Source: Pseudomonadota bacterium
GTDB lineage: Bacteria; Pseudomonadota; Gammaproteobacteria; Burkholderiales; JABEVD01
Length of the DNA stretch: 64,000 nt
Assembly: GCA_021802545.1 (NCBI GenBank)
Contig: JAJZRS010000015.1
Coordinates: forward strand, 2,239 to 66,238
Reading direction: 5' to 3'
Shown piece after piece: positions 21,015 to 30,094 of this stretch. How positions within the stretch are numbered: position 1 is the stretch's first letter; each line of letters opens with the position of its first letter. A program made the translations under genes and the position numbers. The notes beneath the pieces were generated by a model. That model was not told where the DNA came from and searched no databases. It saw only the letters and a program-made list of their open reading frames with translations.

Positions 21015-22307
21015 TCAGTTCCCCATCAATTCGTCAAAAGTAACAGCCTTGTCTTCGACCTTGGCCAGACCCAGCGCCCAGTCCACCACGTTTTCCTCGA
21101 GCGCGAAAGACTCGGCGTCGTTGAGCCTCGAAGGCTCTGCATAATGCCATCTTATCACTTCCTCGGGATGCTCGTAATGCTGCGCGAATTCCTCGATGAC
21201 CGCCCTGATCTGTTCCGGCTTGGCATGCAGCGCGTGGACTTTCACGAGTTCGGCCAGGATGAGGCCGAGATTGACCCTGCGCTTTGCCTGATCTTCGAAC
21301 ATTTCGCGCGGGATCGGCATGTCCTTGGTCTTGATGCCGCGCGCCTCGAGGTCACCCCTCGCCTGGTCGACGAGTCGATGCACTTCCATCTCGACGAGCG
21401 AGCGCGGCAACTCGACCTTGGTCGAATCCAGCAGAGACTGCATCACCTGGTCCTTCAGTCGTCCCTGGATTCTCCTTTTGACTTCCCTTTTCAGGTTGTC
21501 CAAGACCTCTTTGCGCACTTCATCCATGCTGGAAACGCCCAGGCTCTTCGCGAATTCCTCGTCAAATTCGGGGAGCTTCGGCGCCTCTACCCTGTTCAGC
21601 GTAATCTCGAATACCGCTTTTTTCCCGGCCACGTCCTTGCCGTGGTAATCCTTGGGGAAAGTCACTTTCGCCGATTTCGTCTCGCCTGTCTTCATGCCGA
21701 TGATGGCCGCCTCGAAATCCTCCAGCATGCTTCCCTGGCCCAGCAGGACCTGCGTGCCCTTTGCCGAACCGCCTTCGAAGGGCTCCTTGCCTATTTTCCC
21801 TGCAAAGTCGATATCGACCTTGTCGCCAGATTCGGCCGCGCGGTCGACCGGCTCGAAGACGGCGCGCTGCTTGCGCAGCGTTTCCAGCGTCCTGTCGACA
21901 TCGGCATCGCTCACCTCGAAAACCGGGCGCTCGATTTTCGCCTTGGCCATGTCGCCGAGCGTGACCTCTGGATAGACCTCGAACACTGCCCCGTAAACCA
22001 GGCTTTCGCTGCCGGTTTCTTCCTTGTTGGCCTCGAACCTGGGAAAACCGGCCACTTTCAGCGATTTTTCCTTGACTGCACTGACGAAACGGGTTTCCAG
22101 CTCGCTCTCGAGCACTTCCTGCCTGACCTGATCGCCGAACTGCTTGGCCACCACCTTGAGCGGCACCTTCCCTGGGCGAAAACCGTGCAGCTTGACCGTA
22201 TGGGCAAGCCTCTGCAGCCTTTTTTCCACTTCCTTGTTGAACTGCGCAACCGGCACAGTCACATCAATACGCCGCTCCAATGAGCTTGAATTTTCGCTCG
22301 TCTGCAT
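21015..22307 (-). CDS. tig: Trigger factor
   Basis: 430 aa. Ribosome-binding motif [12 protein letters not shown]-like middle domain. Located upstream of clpP. Confidence 0.95.
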   Translation of the reverse strand: MQTSENSSSLERRIDVTVPVAQFNKEVEKRLQRLAHTVKLHGFRPGKVPLKVVAKQFGDQVRQEVLESELETRFVSAVKEKSLKVAGFPRFEANKEETGSESLVYGAVFEVYPEVTLGDMAKAKIERPVFEVSDADVDRTLETLRKQRAVFEPVDRAAESGDKVDIDFAGKIGKEPFEGGSAKGTQVLLGQGSMLEDFEAAIIGMKTGETKSAKVTFPKDYHGKDVAGKKAVFEITLNRVEAPKLPEFDEEFAKSLGVSSMDEVRKEVLDNLKREVKRRIQGRLKDQVMQSLLDSTKVELPRSLVEMEVHRLVDQARGDLEARGIKTKDMPIPREMFEDQAKRRVNLGLILAELVKVHALHAKPEQIRAVIEEFAQHYEHPEEVIRWHYAEPSRLNDAESFALEENVVDWALGLAKVEDKAVTFDELMGN

Positions 22308-22460
22308 TCGATCATCCTTGAATTTTTAAAGCCTTACCAATTGACGCCCGTATTTTGGGCGGTTTTTTCCTAAAGGGGGATGGTCCGATTATACTTGATG
22401 TGAGCGCCTTGTGGCGAATATTGGCCAAAACACGATCGGCTTGCTAGACTTGATGGCCTT

Positions 22461-22545
22461 GCGGGTATGGCGAAATTGGTAGACGCACAAGATTTAGGTT
22501 CTTGCGAAGCGATTCGTGTCAGTTCGAGTCTGACTACCCGCACCA
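22461..22545 (+). tRNA. tRNA-Leu (TAG)
   Basis: GCGGGTATGGCGAAATTGGTAGACGCACAAGATTTAGGTTCTTGCGAAGCGATTCGTGTCAGTTCGAGTCTGACTACCCGCACCA. Long variable arm. Anticodon loop is TTTAGGT. Confidence 0.95.
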
Positions 22546-22628
22546 TCTCAGTACTGTAACATTGCCTTCATTTTCCCGAAACATACGCCCGTTACAATGT
22601 GGCCCTGATCACTTAATGGACAGGACCC

Positions 22629-23912
22629 ATGCACAACGAAATCCCCAAGGAAAACGAGCCCGAGATCAAGTCGGAAGACATGGCGGCCAGCCTTTCCGAA
22701 ATCGAGGCCGAATACGTCGCGTCCAGCCTGATCAGAAAATCCCCTGCCGTCCTGCCAGCACAATCCAACGAAGAAGTGCTGCAGCTTCTGGCTCAGCATA
22801 CCGATGTGGTCGGACTGCCTGTCGTGGAAGACAGCAAACCGATCGGCATGATCAACCGCAGCATCTTCATGGACGAAATGGCCAAGCCTTTCAGGCGCGA
22901 ACTGTATTCCAGAAAAAGCTGCATCGCCTTCATGGACAAGCAGCCGCTCGTGGTCGATGGCCGCATGAGCATACAGGAACTGAGCTTCAAGGTCGTCGCA
23001 GCGGGCAACAAGGCCCTCAAGGACGGCTTCATCATCACCGCCCCCTCGGGCGAATATGCAGGCGTTGGGACAGGCGAGGATCTGATGCAGGTGATCGCCA
23101 ACCTCCAGGCCGAAAAGAACAGGCTGGTCATGGAAAGCATCAATTACGCCAGCGTGATCCAAAAATCCTTCCTCAGGTCGGCAAGGCGCGATCTGGAAGC
23201 CTCCCTGCACGACTATTTCATTCACTGGGAGCCGCGCGACAGGGTGGGCGGTGACTATTACTTCTGCAAGAAATTCGACGACGGCTTTTTCATCGCACTG
23301 ATCGACTGCACCGGCCACGGCGTCCCTGGCGCCTTCATGACCCTGATCATGGCCGCCTTCCTCGACCATCTCCTGCAAAACGACAACCGCATGGATCCTG
23401 CAGGCGCGCTGTCCGCAATGAACAGGAAGGTCAAGATAGCGCTCGGCCAGATCGAGGAAATGAACATCTCCCATCTCGGCGAAGCCGAGCATTCGGACGA
23501 CGGCATGGATACGGCCTTTTGCTGGGTGAATCCGTCGGCCGGAAAAATGGTTTATGCCGGGGCGAAAACCCCGCTTTTCCTGCTGCCCAAAGGCAGCGAT
23601 GAAATCACTGTCGTCGACGGCGACAAGAAGGGCGTCGGCTACGTGGAAACGCCCATGGATTATGCCTGGACAAACAAGGAAGTTGCCCTACCGGAAGGAA
23701 TCAGCGTCTATCTCACCACGGACGGCATCATCGACCAGATCGGCGGTCCGAAAAGCATCGCCTTCGGCAAGAAGCGCTTCTCGAAACTGATTCTCGAGCA
23801 TTGCAGCCTGCCCATGATGGAGCAGAAGGGCCGCATCATGCAGGCCTTCTACGAATACCAGGGCAGCCAGCGGCGACGCGACGACGTCAGTTTTCTTGGA
23901 TTCAGGATATAA
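22629..23912 (+). CDS. CBS-pair sensor fused to PP2C/SpoIIE-type Ser/Thr phosphatase (SiaA-like role)
   Basis: 427 aa. The N-terminal half has two CBS-like units (VVGLPVVEDSKPIGMINRSIF... and PLVVDGRMSIQELS...GFIITAPSGEYAGVGTGEDLM). The C-terminal half has PPM metal-ligand motifs: RVGGDYYF, IDCTGHGVPGAF, DDGMDTAF, LTTDGIIDQ and RRDDVSFLGF. Confidence 0.8.
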   Translation: MHNEIPKENEPEIKSEDMAASLSEIEAEYVASSLIRKSPAVLPAQSNEEVLQLLAQHTDVVGLPVVEDSKPIGMINRSIFMDEMAKPFRRELYSRKSCIAFMDKQPLVVDGRMSIQELSFKVVAAGNKALKDGFIITAPSGEYAGVGTGEDLMQVIANLQAEKNRLVMESINYASVIQKSFLRSARRDLEASLHDYFIHWEPRDRVGGDYYFCKKFDDGFFIALIDCTGHGVPGAFMTLIMAAFLDHLLQNDNRMDPAGALSAMNRKVKIALGQIEEMNISHLGEAEHSDDGMDTAFCWVNPSAGKMVYAGAKTPLFLLPKGSDEITVVDGDKKGVGYVETPMDYAWTNKEVALPEGISVYLTTDGIIDQIGGPKSIAFGKKRFSKLILEHCSLPMMEQKGRIMQAFYEYQGSQRRRDDVSFLGFRI

Positions 23913-23921
23913 GGGCTCGCC

Positions 23922-24473
23922 ATGCAACTCGACATGTTCAATGCATTTTGCAATTCGGCCGATTTCAGCGGCGTGATTTTCTACTACAACGGCGAACTCT
24001 CCCAGAACGTCGTCGCCACGATGGGTGACGCCTTGAAAGGCAGACTCGAGGAAGAAGGCAATCTCGGCCCCAAGGCGAGAAAGCTGTTTTCGAGTTACAT
24101 CGAGATGGTCCAGAACGCCCTGCACTATTCCCCGCTCGCGCCGAATGGCGGAAAGCTCGGGGCCGTTGCCGTGGGCAAGCGAAAGGAAGACAAGTATTTC
24201 ATCGTGTGCGGGAACCTGGTCGAGAAGAAGCACATGGAGCGCATTCGGGAAAAAATCGAGCCTTTGCGGAGCATGACGCTCGAGGAAATAAAGAAGGCAT
24301 ACAGGGAGCAGCTGAAGAACGACAGGCATGCAGAGGAAGATGATATCAGCAAGGGGGCGGGGCTCGGTTTCCTGACCGTAGCGCGCGATGCATCCGAGCC
24401 GATCGAATATGCGTTCGATGAGGTACCCGGGCATAGCGAACTCGCCCGTTTTTATCTTAAAGCAATCGTGTAA
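23922..24473 (+). CDS. SiaB-family small protein kinase (GHKL-like, anti-sigma-kinase-like fold)
   Basis: 183 aa. Contains VIFYYNGELSQNVVATMGDAL...SSYIEMVQNALHYS...GAGLGFLTVARDA. Size, motif pattern and position between a PP2C gene and a DUF1987 gene match P. aeruginosa SiaB by recall. Confidence 0.7.
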   Translation: MQLDMFNAFCNSADFSGVIFYYNGELSQNVVATMGDALKGRLEEEGNLGPKARKLFSSYIEMVQNALHYSPLAPNGGKLGAVAVGKRKEDKYFIVCGNLVEKKHMERIREKIEPLRSMTLEEIKKAYREQLKNDRHAEEDDISKGAGLGFLTVARDASEPIEYAFDEVPGHSELARFYLKAIV

Positions 24474-24483
24474 GGAGATTCTC

Positions 24484-24873
24484 ATGAACGACATCTATCT
24501 GGCCAAAACCACACAATCCCCCGAAGTGGACTTCCGTTTCAAGGAGCATGTGCTTTCCATGACAGGAGAAGCCTACCCCGAGAACGCAAATGATTTTTTC
24601 CACCCTATCCTCAATGCGCTGGAAAATTATCTCGCATCCAATGACGGCAAGGACATCGAGTTCAACTTCCGCCTGACCTACTTCAACAGCGCCGCGACGA
24701 AGATGCTGTTCAACATGTTCGACCTGCTCAACGAATCGGCCGCTTCAAGCAACCGGATCGTTCTGAACTGGTACCATGACGAAGAGGATGACACCATCCT
24801 CGAATTCGGCGAAGGCGTCCAGGATGACTTCCAGGCACTGGAATTCAGGGCCATCGCCACAACTTCGGCCTGA
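24484..24873 (+). CDS. SiaC-family (DUF1987) regulatory phosphoprotein
   Basis: 129 aa starting at ATG 24484 behind RBS AAGGAG; the track ORF begins earlier, at 24388. Sequence: MNDIYLAKTTQSPEVDFRFKEHVLSMTGEAYPENANDFFHPILNALENYL...FRLTYFNSAATKMLFNMFDLL...LNWYHDEEDDTILEFGE. This is DUF1987-like. Confidence 0.75.
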   Translation: MNDIYLAKTTQSPEVDFRFKEHVLSMTGEAYPENANDFFHPILNALENYLASNDGKDIEFNFRLTYFNSAATKMLFNMFDLLNESAASSNRIVLNWYHDEEDDTILEFGEGVQDDFQALEFRAIATTSA

Positions 24874-25181
24874 TGTCCGCATTTGAAAAATCGCTGAGCA
24901 TCCCCGTGATGCTCAGCATCCCCCCCAGGCCCGATCCCGTGCTGGGCAAGATCAAGCGTCTTTTCAAGAACAGTCTCGTCGTTTTCTCCTCGATCAGCCT
25001 TCCCCGCGAACACCGCTGCGAACTGGCATTCAGCCTGAATCAGGGCCAGCCCGTCAGAATTCTGTGCAGCGTGGAGGAAAACGTCCATACCCGCTCTGGA
25101 TTCGAGATCTACCTCAAGATAATCAGCCATTTCGACCCGAAAAGCGCCTCGGCGCTGGCCGCGCTTTCCGGCGCGCGCTGA
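24873..25181 (+). CDS. Hypothetical 102-aa protein, translationally coupled to the SiaC-like gene
   Basis: Its ATG shares the A of the siaC-like TGA stop (cTGATGtcc). There is no signal peptide or TM. I recognise no family. It occupies the slot where SiaD (a diguanylate cyclase) sits in the Pseudomonas operon. Confidence 0.5.
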   Translation: MSAFEKSLSIPVMLSIPPRPDPVLGKIKRLFKNSLVVFSSISLPREHRCELAFSLNQGQPVRILCSVEENVHTRSGFEIYLKIISHFDPKSASALAALSGAR

Positions 25182-25255
25182 ACAGTTTTAGACCGGTTCT
25201 TTCCAGGCTGGCAGTTTCATGTCAAGATACTCAAAACAAGTATTCGGGGAACAAC

Positions 25256-27712
25256 TTGAACAAACCATCCCGGAAGTCGCCCTTGCCTCATGAGAAACTC
25301 GGGCTGGACGCCCCTGCGATCCGTCAGTCGCTCAACAACCGCCTCACCTATACCGTCGGAAAGGATCCGCTGACCGCAACCGAGCGAGACTGGTTCCACG
25401 CGCTCGCCTATGCGACGAGAGACCGGCTGGCCGAGCGCTGGATGGACACCATGCGCAGCTATTACGACAGGGATGCCAAGCGGATCTACTACTTTTCCCT
25501 CGAATTTCTCATCGGACGCATGCTGGTCAACAGCCTGAGCAATGTCGGATTCTACGATGAATGCAAAAAAGCCCTGGAAGAACTCGGGCTCGATTTTGAC
25601 GAACTGAAAGAAATCGAGCATGACGCGGCGCTGGGAAACGGCGGTCTGGGAAGGCTTGCAGCATGCTTTCTGGATTCCATGGCCACCCTCGGCATTCCAG
25701 GCTACGGATGCGGCATACGTTATGAATACGGCATGTTCAACCAGCGCATCGAAAACGGCTGCCAGATAGAACACCCGGACAATTGGCTGCGCTACGGCAA
25801 CCCATGGGAATTCCCTCGCCCCGAAGTGCTCTATCCGATCAAATTCTTCGGTCACGTCGCAGAATATGTCGACGAAAGCGGACACCTCTGCCATCAATGG
25901 ATGGATACAGAGGAAATCATGGCGATGGCCTACGATACGCCCGTGCCGGGCTATGGCAACCATGTCGTGAACAACATGCGCCTGTGGTCGGCCAAGGCCA
26001 CGAGGGACTTCAATCTGCGGTATTTCAACGAAGGCAATTACATCAAGGCGGTCGAGGAAAAGGACAGCTCGGAAAATCTCTCCAAGGTGCTCTACCCTGA
26101 CGACACGACCTTGATGGGCCGGGAGCTCCGCCTCAAGCAGCAATATTTCTTCGTCAGCGCATCGCTTCAGGACATTCTCCGCCGCTTTCTCAAGCATCAT
26201 GACGATCTCAAGGCTTTTCCCGAAAAGGTTGCCATCCAGCTCAACGACACCCATCCTTCCATCGCCATTGCCGAACTGATGCGCCTCTTGATGGATACCC
26301 ATCAGCTCGGCTGGGACCAATCCTGGGAAATCAGCTGCAATACGTTCTCGTATACCAACCACACCCTGATGCCGGAAGCATTGGAGACATGGCCGATCTC
26401 CCTGTTCGAGCGGGTTCTTCCCCGGCACATGCAGATCATCTACGAGATCAACCGCCGTTTCCTCAGGGATGTCATGCACCGTCATCCGGGCGACAGCGCG
26501 CTGCTGAAGCGCATGTCGATCATCTCTGAAGAAGGCGAACGGCGCATCCGCATGGCGCATCTTGCCATCGTGGGCAGCCACAAGGTGAACGGCGTGGCGC
26601 GCATCCACACCGAACTGATGAAGAGCACGATCTTCTCCGACTTCGACCGCTTTTTCCCGGGCAAGATCGTCAACATGACGAACGGCGTGACACCCAGGCT
26701 GTGGCTCAAGCAGGCCAACCCGCATCTGTCCCAGCTGATTTCCTCGCACATCGGCAACGGCTGGCCCGCGAACCTCGGCGAACTCGAAAAACTGGCCCCT
26801 CTTGCCGAGAACGCTGCATTCCGCCAGGCGTTCCGAGAAGTCAAGCGCGCCAGCAAGGCCAGGCTCGCCTCCCTCGTCAAGGCGCGGCTTGGCATTGAAA
26901 TCGACACTGATTCCCTGTTCGACGTCCAGATCAAGCGCATTCACGAATACAAGCGCCAGCTGCTCAATTTGCTGCACGTCGTCACGCGCTACAACCGCAT
27001 CCGCAAGAACCCATCGGCCGACATCGTGCCGAGGACAGTGATTTTCGGCGGCAAGGCGGCCCCCGGCTACGCCATGGCCAAGCTCATCATCAGGCTGATC
27101 AACGACGTGGCCGACATCGTCAACAACGACCCTGCAGTGAACGGGCGCCTGAAAGTCGTCTTCATCCCCAATTACGACGTGTCCACCGCGCTCGACATCA
27201 TTCCTGCGGCCGACCTGTCTGAGCAGATATCGACCGCGGGCACGGAAGCCTCAGGCACCGGGAACATGAAGCTCGCCATGAACGGCGCATTGACCATCGG
27301 CACGCTGGATGGCGCCAATATCGAAATCAGGGAAGAAGTCGGCGAAGACAACATTTTCATCTTCGGGCTCACCGCGGAAGAAGTCGCTGAGAGCTACGAC
27401 AAAAACCATCCCGTGCATCCGGAAATGCAGGAAGCGCTCCACATGATCGGCTCTGGCTACTTTTCCCCGACGGATCCGTATTGCTACCTGCCTGTCGTCA
27501 GCGCGCTCACCCAGGGCGACCATTACCGGCTGACCGCGGATTATCCCGCCTACATCAGCTGCCAGGAAAGGGTGGACGAAGCCTATCGGGACAGGGATGC
27601 ATGGTCGAGGAAGGCCATCCTCAATATCGCGAAAATGGGGAAATTCTCAAGCGATCGGACCATAGACCAGTACGCAGGTGAGATCTGGAAGGTCGAACCG
27701 GTATCAAGATGA
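25256..27712 (+). CDS. glgP: Glycogen/maltodextrin phosphorylase
   Basis: Hallmarks: EFLIGRML, GNGGLGRLAACFLDSMATLG, and the PLP-lysine region TAGTEASGTGNMKLAMNGALTIGTLDGANIEI. There is no in-frame ATG after the upstream gene. TTG 25256 gives an N-terminus about the length of E. coli GlgP. The track start at 25064 would overlap the upstream gene with an Arg-rich nonsense extension. Confidence 0.9.
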   Translation: MNKPSRKSPLPHEKLGLDAPAIRQSLNNRLTYTVGKDPLTATERDWFHALAYATRDRLAERWMDTMRSYYDRDAKRIYYFSLEFLIGRMLVNSLSNVGFYDECKKALEELGLDFDELKEIEHDAALGNGGLGRLAACFLDSMATLGIPGYGCGIRYEYGMFNQRIENGCQIEHPDNWLRYGNPWEFPRPEVLYPIKFFGHVAEYVDESGHLCHQWMDTEEIMAMAYDTPVPGYGNHVVNNMRLWSAKATRDFNLRYFNEGNYIKAVEEKDSSENLSKVLYPDDTTLMGRELRLKQQYFFVSASLQDILRRFLKHHDDLKAFPEKVAIQLNDTHPSIAIAELMRLLMDTHQLGWDQSWEISCNTFSYTNHTLMPEALETWPISLFERVLPRHMQIIYEINRRFLRDVMHRHPGDSALLKRMSIISEEGERRIRMAHLAIVGSHKVNGVARIHTELMKSTIFSDFDRFFPGKIVNMTNGVTPRLWLKQANPHLSQLISSHIGNGWPANLGELEKLAPLAENAAFRQAFREVKRASKARLASLVKARLGIEIDTDSLFDVQIKRIHEYKRQLLNLLHVVTRYNRIRKNPSADIVPRTVIFGGKAAPGYAMAKLIIRLINDVADIVNNDPAVNGRLKVVFIPNYDVSTALDIIPAADLSEQISTAGTEASGTGNMKLAMNGALTIGTLDGANIEIREEVGEDNIFIFGLTAEEVAESYDKNHPVHPEMQEALHMIGSGYFSPTDPYCYLPVVSALTQGDHYRLTADYPAYISCQERVDEAYRDRDAWSRKAILNIAKMGKFSSDRTIDQYAGEIWKVEPVSR

Positions 27713-30094
27713 TCTGGTTTTCTTTTGAGAGAAGGTTCTCCTGATCTCCGAGAATTTGGACAGGCGAGCCAGCGCGTTACCGTTGATGCAGCCGGCAGGG
27801 AATCGGCCCGTCGCGTCGGCCGTGCCTGCGTCAAGCCCGGTCAAGATGCTGATCGCCTCGTCGAAATGGCTCACGGCATAGATACTGAATCTTCCCGCGC
27901 GCGCCGCCTCGACCACTTCCTTTTTCAGCATCAAATGCTTCACGTTGGCCCCTGGAATGACGACGCCCTGCGCACCATTGAGCCCCCTTCTTGCGCAGAT
28001 ATCGAAAAATCCTTCGATTTTCTCGTTGACGCCGCCGATGGCTTGCACCTGTCCGAACTGATTCACCGACCCCGTCACCGCCATGGACTGCAGGATCGGG
28101 GCGTCCGCCAGCTTCGAAACCAGCGCGCAAAGCTCCGCAAGCGATGCGCTGTCGCCTTCGATGAGCCCGTAGGATTGTTCGAAAGCGAGGCTCGCTGAAA
28201 GGGAGAGCGGACGGTCGTGCGCATAGCGCGAAGCAAGGAATGAGGACAGGATCAGCACACCCTTGGAATGGATGGCGCCGCTCAGTTCGGCTTCCCGCTC
28301 GATGTTGACGAGTTCCCCTTCCCCCACCCTCACCGTCGCCGTGATTCTCGTCGGCAGCGAGAAAGCATAGTCGGCAAGCTGGATCACCGAAAGCCCGTTC
28401 ACCTGCCCCACCACTGCGCCTTCCGTATCGATCATGATCGTGCCGCGCAATATTTCCTCATGAAGGCGGAACTTCAGCCTGTCCGAGCGCTCGTTCCTCG
28501 CGCGAATGGCCTCCTCGATATCGTTCAGCCCGACGATTTTCCCGCCCTCGTTTCTCGCCTGGAAATCGGCTTCTCGCAAGAGGTCGGCAAGCGCCTTGAT
28601 ATGCGTCGTCAGCCTTTCAGAGTCCGATGCAAGGCGTGACGCATATTCGATCGCGCGCGCAACGGCTTGCCTGTCGAAAGGCAGCATCTCCTCCTTCCTG
28701 GCCAGGGTCGCGATCAGCCTCGCATAAAGCAGGACATTCTCGTCGCTCCGCTCCATCTGATCTTCGAAATCGGCTGGTATCTTGAACAGCTTGCCGAACT
28801 CCGGATCGTATTCCATGAGCATGTAATAGAGCAGCCGGTCGCCGAATAGGACAACCTTGACATCGAGCGGGATGGGTTCAGGTTCAAGAGACACGGTGCT
28901 GACGAGGCTCAGGGCCTGCCCCAGTGATTCCATCCTGATCTCGCTGGACGCCAGCGCACGCTTCAGCCCTTCCCAAGCATAAGGCTGCATCAATACCTTG
29001 CGCGCATCGAGCAGCAGATAACCGCCGTTCGCCCGGTGCAGCGCGCCCGCCTTGATCAGCGTGAAATTGGTCACGAGCGCGCCCAGCTGGGCGACATGCT
29101 CGACCCTGCCGACGAGATTGCCGTAGGAGGGATTTTCCTCGAACAGGATGGGCGCCCCGGCCGATACATAATGGTTGCCCAGCACGTTCACCTGATAGCG
29201 CTCCAGGGAAGGCCGTTCGCCGAGCCCCAAGAGCGCTGACGTCTTGTCCTCCCCCTTCAAAAAATCCCTTGCGTTTTCGACGACATCCCGCTCCACCGCA
29301 TCGAGATAGGCGAGCACGGCGCTGTCCGAATAGGCCGCTCTCACCTCGTCGATCAGGTGAAGCACCGCGACCTTCGTGGTTTCCCTGTAAAGCGCCCTGA
29401 CCTTTTCCCTGTTCTCCTTCATCCATTTGGGAATCTGGCGGATGATTTTCTGCAATGCCTCCTGGAAGATTGAAATCGCCTTCCCAAAGCTTTCCTGCTT
29501 CTTCTGGGGAAGCTTCTCGTAATCGGCAGGAGAAATCACGACATGGTTGGCCATGGGGGCGAAAGCGAATCCCTCGGGCGTCCTGAGCAGGGCCACGTCC
29601 TTTTCTTCTGCACGCTTTCCGAGTTCGTCGAAAGCGTCGTCCTGGCGCCTGCCGAGCTCCTCCTGGATCGCCTCGAGCTTGGCCCTGTACTCGTCGCTTT
29701 CCAGGGCGGCAGGAATCGCGACATGCAGCTCTTCCACGAGATGCGCCATGTCGGCTGCAAGCTTGACGCCCATTCCGTTCCGAAGCTTCAGGGCAATCGG
29801 CTTGTGCGGCTCAGAAAAATTGTTGACATAACACCAGTCGAAAGGCTCCGGCTCCGTTTTCGCCTTTCCCTCGAGATACTGCATGACCATGCTGCGCTTG
29901 CCCAATCCAGGCGGGCCGAGCACGAACAGATTGTAGCCTTCACGCCCGATGCCCGCGCCGAACCTGATTGCGGAAAGCGCACGCGGCTGGCCGATGAATT
30001 CGGTCAATTCTTCGAGGCCGTCTGTCGTCTTGAAATCGAAAATATCCGGATCGCATGCCGTGTTCAACTTGCAGGGGTCGAGCGGTGAGGTCAT
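27704..30094 (-). CDS. Lon-like (LonC/COG1067-type) AAA+ protease with inserted coiled-coil domain
   Basis: Starts at MTSPLDPCKLN (ATG 30094, ATGA overlap with the upstream stop). Contains FIGQPRALSAIRFG and the P-loop GPPGLGKRS, then a long helical insertion. The C-terminal S16 protease domain has GDSASLAELCALVS (Ser) and GGVNEKIEGFF (Lys). Confidence 0.75.
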   Translation of the reverse strand: MTSPLDPCKLNTACDPDIFDFKTTDGLEELTEFIGQPRALSAIRFGAGIGREGYNLFVLGPPGLGKRSMVMQYLEGKAKTEPEPFDWCYVNNFSEPHKPIALKLRNGMGVKLAADMAHLVEELHVAIPAALESDEYRAKLEAIQEELGRRQDDAFDELGKRAEEKDVALLRTPEGFAFAPMANHVVISPADYEKLPQKKQESFGKAISIFQEALQKIIRQIPKWMKENREKVRALYRETTKVAVLHLIDEVRAAYSDSAVLAYLDAVERDVVENARDFLKGEDKTSALLGLGERPSLERYQVNVLGNHYVSAGAPILFEENPSYGNLVGRVEHVAQLGALVTNFTLIKAGALHRANGGYLLLDARKVLMQPYAWEGLKRALASSEIRMESLGQALSLVSTVSLEPEPIPLDVKVVLFGDRLLYYMLMEYDPEFGKLFKIPADFEDQMERSDENVLLYARLIATLARKEEMLPFDRQAVARAIEYASRLASDSERLTTHIKALADLLREADFQARNEGGKIVGLNDIEEAIRARNERSDRLKFRLHEEILRGTIMIDTEGAVVGQVNGLSVIQLADYAFSLPTRITATVRVGEGELVNIEREAELSGAIHSKGVLILSSFLASRYAHDRPLSLSASLAFEQSYGLIEGDSASLAELCALVSKLADAPILQSMAVTGSVNQFGQVQAIGGVNEKIEGFFDICARRGLNGAQGVVIPGANVKHLMLKKEVVEAARAGRFSIYAVSHFDEAISILTGLDAGTADATGRFPAGCINGNALARLSKFSEIRRTFSQKKTRSS

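Noticed and set aside
22350-22376. Hairpin CGCCC-GTATTTTG-GGCG followed by TTTTTT on the plus strand upstream of tig (possible sRNA terminator).
   Set aside because: No plus-strand gene or promoter precedes it. The stem is only 4-5 bp. It lies in the tig 5' region, where it may just be leader sequence.
25064-25255. ATG 25064 as the glgP start.
   Set aside because: It would overlap the coupled 102-aa gene by 118 nt and would add a 64-aa Arg-rich extension with no counterpart in GlgP. TTG 25256 is preferred.
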